In this document: piece by piece, positions 43,624-52,100 of the stretch | How the letters are laid out: the number at the start of each line of letters is the position of its first letter | Numbering within the stretch: the first letter of the stretch is position 1 | NCBI GenBank assembly: GCA_964373955.1 | Contig: CAYJXA010000002.1 | Location: 5,113-69,112, forward strand | Origin: an uncultured Methanosarcinales archaeon | Lineage (GTDB): Archaea > Nanobdellota > Nanobdellia > Woesearchaeales > GW2011-AR9 | Length of the DNA: 64,000 nucleotides | Direction: 5' to 3' | Made by a program: the position numbers and the translations under genes | The notes under the pieces: model-generated | Seen by the model: only the letters and a program-made list of their open reading frames with translations | Database searches by the model: none | What the model was told of the DNA's origin: nothing

Positions 43624-44472
43624 ATGAACATCACTGAACTCATAACCAAAACTGGGCTGCGACAGGGCCTGAGCAGGAATACCCTCAAAACATACTGTTA
43701 TTGCGTGGAAAGATTTTTTCGAATTTGCCGCAAAAATCCCTATGCACTCCGTAAGCAGGACCTTCTGGAGTATATGGACAAACTCATTGAACATAATGCC
43801 CCCGGAAATACTGTAAATGTGCAAATCAATGCATTAAAATTCTTTTACGAACAAGTATTGCATCGCCGACTTACAATTAATCTTCCCATCCAGAAAGTTC
43901 CAAAACGGTTGCCTTATTTTCTGCAGAAAGAACAAGTAATGCTCATGTTGCATCATATTGACAATCCCAAGCACCAGTTGATGATTGCATTATTATATGG
44001 CACTGGCATGCGGGTAAGCGAATTAACTCATCTGAGAGTGCAAGATTTTGTATTCTCTTCCAATTATGGCTGGGTAAGGCAGGGTAAAGGAAAGAAAGAC
44101 CGTTTGTTTATTATTCCTGAGAAATTAAAAGAAAAATTGCAGGAGTATATTATCAGCAACAATTTATCTGCGGAAGATTGGCTCTTCCTTGGTCGGGAGA
44201 ATAATCATTATTCCGATCAGAGTGTGCGTGAGATTCTCAAAAATGCAAAGAAAAAAGCCCGCTTGCAGCAACATGTCTACCCCCATATGCTCCGGCATTC
44301 CTTTGCTACTCACTTCATAGAGAATGGGAACTCCGTGCTTGAGCTTCAGCCCTTGCTGGGGCACAGTAAAATTGAAACAACAATGGTCTATTTGCACTGC
44401 GCCGCACCAAAATTATTGAATTTGAAAAGCCCCCTAGATTCCCTCCCCGAAACCACTCCACAATTCTTATAA
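43624..44472 (+). CDS. tyrosine recombinase, IntI/XerD-like (no IntI-specific insertion evident)
   Basis: [12 protein letters not shown] (Arg I), [10 protein letters not shown] (His-x-x-Arg), [14 protein letters not shown] (catalytic Tyr) and the C-terminal LKSPLDSL tail. Sits 42 nt downstream of the tRNA gene. Confidence 0.85.
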   Translation: [282 protein letters not shown]

Positions 44473-44497
44473 AGATGCCTCCCCGTTAATATTTCCA

Positions 44498-47374
44498 ATG
44501 ATTACTCGAATAGAACAGCCCTATACTGAACTCCAGCTAAAATCCATTCTTCATCCCTTACTTAACCAGTGGTTCTTCTCAAAATTTAAAGAATTTTCCC
44601 TGCCCCAGCTCTATGGTGTTATGGAAATTCATAACCGACGAAATGTATTAATCTCCGCTCCCACCGGTGCAACGAAAACCCTCACTGGATTTCTCGCTAT
44701 TTTAAATGAACTTATTGATTCGGCAAAGAAACAAATCCTGGAAGACAAAGTGTATTGCATTTACATCAGCCCGCTCAAAGCGCTGAATTACGATATTCAA
44801 TACAATTTACTCACCCCCCTGCACGAAATAGAAAAACTAGCGGATAAAAAGCTGGGCATTCGAGTAGGGGTAAGAACCGGTGACACAACGGCAACGGAAA
44901 AAGCCAAAATGCTCAAGCATACTCCACACATTCTCATCACCACTCCTGAAAGTTTAGCGATCATGCTCAATTCTCCTAAATTCAAAGAAAAATTAACGAG
45001 TATTCAATGGGTGATTGTGGATGAAATTCATGCTTTAGCAGAAAACAAGCGGGGAGTGCATCTCAGCCTGACCTTGGAACGACTCCAACGAATTTCACCG
45101 GGGTTAACCAGAGTGGGATTAAGTGCCACGATTGCTCCGCTGGAAGAAATAGCCCGGTATTTGGTGGGGTACATGGGAGACACGGAAAGAGAATGCCGGA
45201 TCATTGACGTGCAGTTCCTCAAACAAATGGATTTACAAGTGCTCAGCCCCGTGCGAAGTTTAGTAGATACTGACTACTTGCTCAAGCATCATAAGATGTA
45301 TGAGCTTATAGATCAGCTCATTCAGGAGCATAAAACGACGCTCATTTTTACGAATACGAGAAGCGCGACGGAACGAGTCGTGCACAACCTGAAAGAGATG
45401 TTCCCTCAGCATTATCATGATAATGTTGCTGCTCATCATGGAAGCTTAAGCAAAATGAGCAGACTACATACGGAGCAAAGTCTGCGCGAAGGAAAGTTGA
45501 AAGTAGTGGTTTCTTCTACTTCCTTGGAATTAGGAATTGATATTGGGTATGTTGATTTAGTGCTCTGCCTGGGAAGTCCAAAATCGGTTGCCCGGTTTTT
45601 ACAGCGGGCAGGAAGAGCCGGGCATCAATTACATTCGACCGTCAAAGCACGAATCATCGTCATGGATCGGGACGATTTGGTGGAATGTGCGTTGTTATTA
45701 AAAGCAGCAAAAGAAAAAAAGATTGATCGTATTCAGATCCCCACCAATGCCTTAGACGTGTTAGCACAGCAGATTTACGGCATTGCCATTAATGAAGTCA
45801 TCAATGTATATGAACTCTTTAATTTCATTAAAAATAGTTATTGTTATCATAGCTTAACGTGGGATGATTTCTTTGAAGTCATCAAATATTTATCTGGGCA
45901 GTACGCTAGCTTGGAGGAGAGGCATGTCTATGCCCGCATTTGGTACGATGCTGAGACAGGGGATATTGGCAGAAGAGGAAAAATGGCCCGGATCATTTAC
46001 ATGACTAATATTGGTACGATCCCTGAAGAAACCTATGTTACTGTTAAAGTAGGTGAACAGACCGTAGGCATGATCGATGAAGGATTTCTGGAGAGATTAC
46101 GTCCAGGCGATGTCTTTGTCTTGGGAGGAAATGTCTATATGTTTAAGTTTTCCCGGGGCATGACCGCGCAAGTAAGCACTTCAGTTAATAGGCCCCCCAC
46201 CGTTCCCAGTTGGTTTTCAGAGATGCTTCCTCTTTCCTTTGATTTAGCGATGGAAATTAGCCGTTTCCGCAGGTTAATGGAAGAGAAATTTGCTGCTCAA
46301 AAGAGTCAGGAAGAGATGCTAGGATTCATTCATTCCTATCTCTATGTGGATGAGAAAGCCGCAGAAAGCATTTATCACTATTTTGATGAGCAATACCGCT
46401 TCAGCAAGATTCCCTCCGATCGCAGGATTTTGATTGAGAATTTTGTAGACCGAGGGAGATCATACGTCATCTTTCATACGCTCTTCGGACGACGAGTGAA
46501 TGATAGTTTATCTCGAGCATTAGCGTTTGTAATTGGAAGAAGCCAGCATCGAGATGTGGAGATAGGAGTAACGGATAATGGGTTCTATTTATCTGCTGAT
46601 AAAGCATTTAACGCGGTCAGAGCATTTGAATTGCTCAAGACCGAGAATTTTCGATCGATTGAAGAGCAGGCCATTGAACGGAGTGAAATCTTAGCCAGAC
46701 GCTTCCGGCATTGCGCTGCCCGCTCTTTAATGATCCTTCGGGAGTACATGGGACGAAAGAAGCATGTGGGCAGGATGCAGGTAGGAAGCAAGATTTTGTT
46801 TAATGCGGTTAAAAGAATAAGTGAGCAGTTTCCAATATTAAAAGAAGCTCGTCGCGAGGTACTGGAGGATTTGATGGATTATATCCATGCGCAGCAAATC
46901 ATTGATGGAGTAGTTGACGGGATGATTACTGTTGAAGAGGCGCATACTCCTACACCTAGTCCCTTTGCCTTTGGATTAATTATGGCGGGATATAGTGATG
47001 TCATTAAAGTTGAAGATAAACAAGAATTTCTGCGCAGGATGCACCAGCAGGTATTAGCGAGGATTGCGCTGAAAGAAGGGAAGAAGATGCTTCAGGAGAA
47101 ACAAGCAGAATTTTCCTATAGTTCTTTCTGGGATGATGTGCAGAAGAAACAGGAGAATGAAAAAGATGCGTATAAAGAAAAGTTGAAGATGCAAGCATGG
47201 GGATTAAAACATGTGCCGATTTATGCCAAAGAAGAATTGGTGAAATTAATCGAATTTGGATCGATGAGGAAGGAAGTGTGGGAGGAAGTGAGGAAATATA
47301 AGAAAGAGATTGAAGAGAATTGGCCTAAAGAATTGAAGGAGTTTGTGTTGGGGAAGATGGATGAAACAGTATAA
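44498..47374 (+). CDS. lhr: Lhr-like ATP-dependent DEAD/DEAH helicase
   Basis: Walker A APTGATKT, the DEIH box (VDEIHAL), and helicase C motifs (SSTSLELGIDIG, QRAGRAGH), followed by a long DEAD-associated C-terminal region. Confidence 0.85.
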   Translation: MITRIEQPYTELQLKSILHPLLNQWFFSKFKEFSLPQLYGVMEIHNRRNVLISAPTGATKTLTGFLAILNELIDSAKKQILEDKVYCIYISPLKALNYDIQYNLLTPLHEIEKLADKKLGIRVGVRTGDTTATEKAKMLKHTPHILITTPESLAIMLNSPKFKEKLTSIQWVIVDEIHALAENKRGVHLSLTLERLQRISPGLTRVGLSATIAPLEEIARYLVGYMGDTERECRIIDVQFLKQMDLQVLSPVRSLVDTDYLLKHHKMYELIDQLIQEHKTTLIFTNTRSATERVVHNLKEMFPQHYHDNVAAHHGSLSKMSRLHTEQSLREGKLKVVVSSTSLELGIDIGYVDLVLCLGSPKSVARFLQRAGRAGHQLHSTVKARIIVMDRDDLVECALLLKAAKEKKIDRIQIPTNALDVLAQQIYGIAINEVINVYELFNFIKNSYCYHSLTWDDFFEVIKYLSGQYASLEERHVYARIWYDAETGDIGRRGKMARIIYMTNIGTIPEETYVTVKVGEQTVGMIDEGFLERLRPGDVFVLGGNVYMFKFSRGMTAQVSTSVNRPPTVPSWFSEMLPLSFDLAMEISRFRRLMEEKFAAQKSQEEMLGFIHSYLYVDEKAAESIYHYFDEQYRFSKIPSDRRILIENFVDRGRSYVIFHTLFGRRVNDSLSRALAFVIGRSQHRDVEIGVTDNGFYLSADKAFNAVRAFELLKTENFRSIEEQAIERSEILARRFRHCAARSLMILREYMGRKKHVGRMQVGSKILFNAVKRISEQFPILKEARREVLEDLMDYIHAQQIIDGVVDGMITVEEAHTPTPSPFAFGLIMAGYSDVIKVEDKQEFLRRMHQQVLARIALKEGKKMLQEKQAEFSYSSFWDDVQKKQENEKDAYKEKLKMQAWGLKHVPIYAKEELVKLIEFGSMRKEVWEEVRKYKKEIEENWPKELKEFVLGKMDETV

Positions 47375-47400
47375 TTTCTGAGAAGAAATTTAACCAAATC

Positions 47401-47410
47401 TTTTTAAAGA
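47401..47410 (+). promoter_or_regulatory. TATA-box-like element upstream of the initiator tRNA
   Basis: TTTTTAAAGA lies 23-32 nt upstream of the tRNA 5' end at 47433. Confidence 0.4.
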
Positions 47411-47432
47411 GGCTAGGGTTTTCTGGAGTTAA

Positions 47433-47533
47433 AGCGGGGTAGGGAAGCTAGGAGTACCCGATGGGCTCATACCATTAGGATAAATCTAGTGCAAGAAACC
47501 CATAGATCGGTGGTTCAAATCCACCCCCCGCTA
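47433..47533 (+). tRNA. initiator tRNA-Met(CAU) with a canonical 37/38 intron (26 nt)
   Basis: AGCGGGG UA GGGA AGCUAGGAGU ACCC G AUGGG CUCAUA [47472-47497] A CCCAU AGAUC GGUGG UUCAAAU CCACC CCCCGCU A. A1:U72 and the GGG/CCC anticodon stem are archaeal initiator hallmarks. Confidence 0.85.
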
Positions 47534-47608
47534 TTCTTACTATTTGCGAAGCCTGGGGTTGATAAGGGGCGAAGCCACTTATGTGAGAATCCACCCCCCG
47601 CTATTCTT
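47518..47608 (+). repeat. 21-nt exact direct repeat of the initiator-tRNA 3' end
   Basis: AATCCACCCCCCGCTATTCTT occurs at 47518-47538 (T-loop through discriminator plus 5 nt of trailer) and again at 47588-47608. Confidence 0.9.
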
Positions 47609-47966
47609 TTCCTTTAAATCCTTCTAATGGATTAGTATGAATTCCCTTTACTTTCTCTAGAGGATACTTTTTTCTGTTCTTCTCGATTTTTTCTTCGATC
47701 GCTGTAAAGATATCTATGTTAGTCTTGTACGAAAGAATGATGAGGTACATCATAATATCTGCAATCTCTTCTTCTACTTTTTTCTTCTTGAAAGGGTCAG
47801 AGTGAATAGTAAATAATTCTTTTTCACTCAACCAACGGTAACATTCAGCTAATTCTCCCACTTCACTCACCAAGGCAATGAGCAAATCTTTAGGATTATG
47901 ATATTTATCCCAATCTCTCTCAAGATTAAATTGCTTGATTTTTTCTTTTAGGTCATTTAGTTCCAT
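47601..47966 (-). CDS. MazG-like nucleotide pyrophosphohydrolase (DCTPP1-type)
   Basis: RDWDKYHNPKDLLIALVSEVGELAECYRW and EEEIADIMMYL (the EExxE/D metal motifs). Confidence 0.8.
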   Translation of the reverse strand: MELNDLKEKIKQFNLERDWDKYHNPKDLLIALVSEVGELAECYRWLSEKELFTIHSDPFKKKKVEEEIADIMMYLIILSYKTNIDIFTAIEEKIEKNRKKYPLEKVKGIHTNPLEGFKGKE

Positions 47967-48019
47967 TTAGAATAATGTAAAAATCAACTTTAATAATCTT
48001 TTCGCTTGTGGAACCGTTT

Positions 48020-48445
48020 TTATCCCAACATCCATCCCAGCATCTGGTCAATAGAATAACTACCTGCACCAAGCAAGAATAAAGCAACTAATCCGCCAAG
48101 GATGATGAAGTCCCATTCCCAGCCGGCATCATTGCCTTTGCTGAAAGGAACTTTCCATTTGGTCATTTTAAGAAGAGTTGCAACAACCATGCTGATGATT
48201 AACAATCCGGCTGCCACTCTCGTGGCAAATCCTGCCAAAAGGGCAATTCCACCAAAGAATTCAGTTAATCCCAAGACTGCTGCCCAGAAGATTCCCGGTT
48301 TAAAGCCTTGACTCGCCAACCATTCAGCCGTCCCTTTCAAATTTTTTAGCTTTGGGAAACCATGAAGTAGAAATTCAACTCCCAACACTAACCGCAAGGC
48401 TACCGAGGCCCACTCAATTCCAAACACCACCATGAATCGTATCAT
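48020..48445 (-). CDS. DoxX family membrane protein
   Basis: 4-TM protein with LRLVLGVEFLLHGFPKL, typical of DoxX. Confidence 0.75.
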   Translation of the reverse strand: MIRFMVVFGIEWASVALRLVLGVEFLLHGFPKLKNLKGTAEWLASQGFKPGIFWAAVLGLTEFFGGIALLAGFATRVAAGLLIISMVVATLLKMTKWKVPFSKGNDAGWEWDFIILGGLVALFLLGAGSYSIDQMLGWMLG

Positions 48446-48534
48446 TTCTTGTTTCTATTTAAATGTTTCTTTTTTGTTTGCGCAGAACTAAATCATCCAA
48501 AAAATTAAATAGGTCTTACTCTTCCTCTCTTCTA

Positions 48535-48921
48535 ATGTCCATTATCCATAAAGTAGGAGCAATCATCCTCAAGGACAGAAAGATTCTCGTCGCCAAGAAA
48601 AAAGATACGTTTATCATGCCCGGTGGTCGAGTAGAAGCAGAAGAAGATGACCTAGACTGTCTGCGTCGGGAGCTTGAGGAAGAACTGCAAGTGCAACTCC
48701 AGTCTGCTCACTATTTCCACACATTTGAAGATGCTGCTGCGCTTGATCCGGGAATGAAAGTAAGCATGAAAGTCTACTTTGTAACGATCTGTGGAGAACC
48801 AACACCTTCCCAAGAGATTACGGAAGTAGCGTATGCTAATTCTCACTTTACCGGAAAAATGGGTTCCATTGTTCAGAAACAGATTATTCCCCGGTTAGTG
48901 AAGCAAAAGTTGGTAGATTAA
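48535..48921 (+). CDS. Nudix hydrolase
   Basis: Nudix box GGRVEAEEDDLDCLRRELEEELQV. The ORF track starts at 48463; ATG 48535 (MSIIHKVGAIIL) is the likely start. Confidence 0.75.
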   Translation: MSIIHKVGAIILKDRKILVAKKKDTFIMPGGRVEAEEDDLDCLRRELEEELQVQLQSAHYFHTFEDAAALDPGMKVSMKVYFVTICGEPTPSQEITEVAYANSHFTGKMGSIVQKQIIPRLVKQKLVD

Positions 48922-48965
48922 TCGGAGCAAAATGATTATATATCCCTATTACTCTTATTGAGACT

Positions 48966-49907
48966 ATGAATTTGAGCATAACTCACGTAAAAGGCCTTAT
49001 AGGTAAGTATCCTGTTGGGAATTTTCTTGCCTTTGAGAAAATTAAAGAACAAGGTTTTATGAATCATATGTTCCTAGTAAAGACTGACCAAGGAAAGTTC
49101 GTCCTCCGAGTTTCAAAGAATACTAAATCCAAAAAGGATCTACTGTTTGAGATTAATTTGTTACATTCTTTGCATAATCTCCCTGTCCCTAACTATATTA
49201 GAGGTAATGATGGGCAATATCTCCATCGCTTTCAGGGAAAGTATTATTCTTTTTATAAGTATCTTCCAGGAAATATGCCTCCTCAGTTAACTCCTTTATT
49301 AAGAAGAGAGATGGCTTTTTTTCTAGCTAAATTCCATACCCAAACCAAGAATTTTAACAATAATCAGCAACGATTTGCCTGGTACACTTTTACCACTGCA
49401 AGAGCAAATGAACTTGAGAGACAGATGCTTCCAAAATTACAAAATTATAAAGAAGAAATACAATATTTAGAATCAATGATACTCAAAAATAGGCTGCCTA
49501 CCGGCCTTCCCAGGGGTCCCATCCATGTAGATATCCGAAGAGAAAATTCTCTCGCCATAGGTAATATACTAACGGGTATTGTTGATTTTGATAATTGCCA
49601 GATTGGCCCGTATATCTTGGATCTGGCGATGTCCATTGCCTGGATTTGTACGAAAGAGGGTCACCTAAATTATAAAAGAACTTATCAATTTGTCAAATGT
49701 TATGAAAGATATAGGACACTGAATGGCTTTGAGAAGAAAAATCTGTTTAAAGCAATTAAATATGCCTACGCTACCCAAGTTTTCGTTAATCATTACGTTT
49801 ACACTCAGCGATTGGTAACCAAGAAGCATTTTCATTTTGGAAGACGGAACTTTTTAACCGCGTTAAAGAATCTAAGCCCCGAGCAATTTTCAAAGCAAGT
49901 ATTCTGA
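48966..49907 (+). CDS. APH/homoserine kinase type II-like phosphotransferase
   Basis: PIHVDIRRENSL catalytic loop and GIVDFDNC. Confidence 0.65.
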   Translation: MNLSITHVKGLIGKYPVGNFLAFEKIKEQGFMNHMFLVKTDQGKFVLRVSKNTKSKKDLLFEINLLHSLHNLPVPNYIRGNDGQYLHRFQGKYYSFYKYLPGNMPPQLTPLLRREMAFFLAKFHTQTKNFNNNQQRFAWYTFTTARANELERQMLPKLQNYKEEIQYLESMILKNRLPTGLPRGPIHVDIRRENSLAIGNILTGIVDFDNCQIGPYILDLAMSIAWICTKEGHLNYKRTYQFVKCYERYRTLNGFEKKNLFKAIKYAYATQVFVNHYVYTQRLVTKKHFHFGRRNFLTALKNLSPEQFSKQVF

Positions 49908-50008
49908 GAAGGGGGAGTTGACCTTTTTGTCCCACTTTTCTGCACAAGAAATTTAAGTACAATTCCCTTTCTAAAGCGGGTAGTGATAGTCCTGTCACAC
50001 TAAACAAT

Positions 50009-50329
50009 ATGTACACCGCACCTCATTATCGGACAGTCCTAGCAGGGATGTCGGAATATCTTCCCGACGCCCAAGCAGGGAGGGATTTTTACTTCTTAGG
50101 TAGATCGCAGGCTACCACTCTTAATCCCGTAGTGAATATTGGCGCAGGATATGTAGATCGTGCGCATTTGCTTCAGCCCTCTTCTTCCAGAACGGGTTAT
50201 GGTTCACGAATAGCAGCAACCATAGCTGATGTCGTAAAGTACGAAGGGATACGAAAAGGAAAACCAGCCTCGGATGGAATACCTCTTCCCCAGCCTCCTA
50301 AAGATCCCTTTGAGAGATTGTATCATTAA
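50009..50329 (+). CDS. hypothetical protein (106 aa)
   Basis: ORF track only. Ser/Gly/Tyr/Pro-rich segments. Confidence 0.35.
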   Translation: MYTAPHYRTVLAGMSEYLPDAQAGRDFYFLGRSQATTLNPVVNIGAGYVDRAHLLQPSSSRTGYGSRIAATIADVVKYEGIRKGKPASDGIPLPQPPKDPFERLYH

Positions 50330-50340
50330 ATATTTAAAAG

Positions 50341-50643
50341 ATGTCTAATTCTATTGCCCATGAAGAGAACTTCGCCCGGCAACGGTACTTCCGAGACATG
50401 ATTCGGGATTATTCGGGCATACAGCAGAAGCCAAGTTACGTGGATTCAATCCAAAAGATCGCCATGGCTCAGACGGTTCTTAATCCCCCGGGAATTTCTT
50501 CTTCGTATTCTTCCAAACCTTTCTTCGGCGATGGGAAAGACGTCACCTCGGCTTTGTATCAGAAAACTGGTACTTCTTCCTATCAACATCCAGGAATATT
50601 AAATCCGCGAGTGTTAGACTCATTATTGCAGTATAAACAATAA
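50341..50643 (+). CDS. hypothetical protein (100 aa)
   Basis: ORF track only. Ser/Tyr-rich (GISSSYSSKPFFG, TGTSSYQHPG). Confidence 0.35.
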   Translation: MSNSIAHEENFARQRYFRDMIRDYSGIQQKPSYVDSIQKIAMAQTVLNPPGISSSYSSKPFFGDGKDVTSALYQKTGTSSYQHPGILNPRVLDSLLQYKQ

Positions 50644-50654
50644 AAATCAGAGCA

Positions 50655-51776
50655 TTAAATCTTACGCAAATGAGCAATGATCTCTTGAAGAGCCCTAATC
50701 ACGATGTCCAATTCTCTCTTTGTTGTCCATCTTCCCAGGGTGAAACGAACACTTCCAATCCTATCCTTTGCACCTATCGCTTGCAGTACGTGGCTAGCGG
50801 TAATTTCGTCGGAACTACAAGCACTTCCCGTTGAAACATAAATCCCTCTCTGATTCAAATAGCGAACTACTGCTTCGGCCTCCACCCCCGCAAAAGAGAG
50901 ATTAATATTATTTGGCAATCGCTGGCGAGCGTGTCCATTCAGAGTAACATGAGGCATGGTTCCCATCGCTTTTTTGATGAAATAATCTCGAAGGGAAAGT
51001 AATTTTTTATTTTCTGGATGATGTTGTATCAATTGTAACGCCTTTGCCAATCCCACAATCCCCGACACATTCTCCGTTCCCGATCGTAGGCCAAACTCCT
51101 GCCCCCCACCATGCTGTAAGGGGATTAGCGGCACACTTTTCCGTTGATAGAGGATCCCAACTCCTTTTGGCCCATACATTTTGCTTCCATTGAGCGTCAT
51201 CAAGTCAACGTTGAGTGAATTAACATTTAAATTCAAAGAAGCTGCTTGGCAAGCGTCGGTGTGGAAAGGAATGTTTTTCTTGCTGGCAATTCGTCCTATC
51301 TCTGCCAGAGGTTGAATGGTTCCAATCTCATTGTTTGCGTACATAATTGAAATAAGAATAGTATCCTTTCGGATGGCTTTCTCTACTTTCTGTGCAGAGA
51401 TAAGCCCCCATTTATCCGGTGGGAGGTAGGTGATGGTAAATCCTTTTTGTTCTAAAGATTTGCACGTTTCTAATACGGAAGGATGTTCTATTTGGGAAGT
51501 GATAATATGCCCTTTCCCCTTTGCGAACGCTACCCCCTGGATAGCAAGATTGTTACTTTCCGTTCCTCCCGAGGAGAAGATAATTTCTTCTGGTTTTGCA
51601 TGGAGAATGTTGGCAATGGCAGTTCTTGCTCTTTCCACGGCTTCTCTTGCTCTTTGCCCAAGATCATGGATACTGCTGGGATTGGCGTAGATTTTCGTAA
51701 AATAAGGCAACATCTCTTTCAAAACTCTTGGATCTACAGGAGTAGTCGCAGCATGATCAAGATAGATTGGTTTCAT
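50655..51776 (-). CDS. iscS: cysteine desulfurase (NifS/IscS class)
   Basis: SGGTESNN, HTDACQA, the PLP-lysine region NGSKMYGPKGVG and the catalytic SGSACSS loop. Confidence 0.9.
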   Translation of the reverse strand: MKPIYLDHAATTPVDPRVLKEMLPYFTKIYANPSSIHDLGQRAREAVERARTAIANILHAKPEEIIFSSGGTESNNLAIQGVAFAKGKGHIITSQIEHPSVLETCKSLEQKGFTITYLPPDKWGLISAQKVEKAIRKDTILISIMYANNEIGTIQPLAEIGRIASKKNIPFHTDACQAASLNLNVNSLNVDLMTLNGSKMYGPKGVGILYQRKSVPLIPLQHGGGQEFGLRSGTENVSGIVGLAKALQLIQHHPENKKLLSLRDYFIKKAMGTMPHVTLNGHARQRLPNNINLSFAGVEAEAVVRYLNQRGIYVSTGSACSSDEITASHVLQAIGAKDRIGSVRFTLGRWTTKRELDIVIRALQEIIAHLRKI

Positions 51777-51837
51777 TATTGCATCAGTTTGCGCACGGTA
51801 GTTATAAATTCTTTGGCGAGTGGATTAACCACACTTC

Positions 51838-52014
51838 TCACGCACCAGGGCATCCCCTACACCTCTGTCCCCGGCTAAAAGAGCCACAACAGATTGATTT
51901 CGGTTTTACCGTATATAGGTTGGAAGTGGAAGCAGAATATCCACCTGAAGAACAGGAATAATCACTTCGAGAAGAGGAATAACCTGATGGACCACCAGTG
52001 ACATATGATACCAT
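51838..52014 (-). CDS. small Ser/Gly/Tyr-rich protein with a Cys-rich C-terminus (58 aa)
   Basis: Own translation: MVSYVTGGPSGYSSSRSDYSCSSGGYSASTSNLYTVKPKSICCGSFSRGQRCRGCPGA. Just below the ORF-track cutoff. Lies upstream of iscS on the same strand. Confidence 0.3.
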   Translation of the reverse strand: MVSYVTGGPSGYSSSRSDYSCSSGGYSASTSNLYTVKPKSICCGSFSRGQRCRGCPGA

Positions 52015-52100
52015 ACTCCTATAAATACAAATAAAGTTTAAATTTCTTGCGGGACATTTTCATCAATAGAATTATCCAATACTCGTATCTCCAGACTTAT

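Noticed and set aside
43405-47608. An integrated element bounded by the class II-like tRNA and the initiator tRNA, carrying the integrase and Lhr helicase
   Set aside because: No copy of the class II tRNA 3' end (..CCCTCCGCTGGCG) is visible near 47.4-47.6 kb or elsewhere in the window. The repeat at 47588 belongs to the initiator tRNA itself. Lhr is a common chromosomal gene. This cannot be fully excluded without whole-genome comparison.
51430-51961. Plus-strand ORFs overlapping or following the cysteine desulfurase gene (51430..51690, 51483..51878, 51767..51961)
   Set aside because: They are antisense shadow ORFs of iscS and of the 58-aa minus-strand ORF, and no motifs were recognised.
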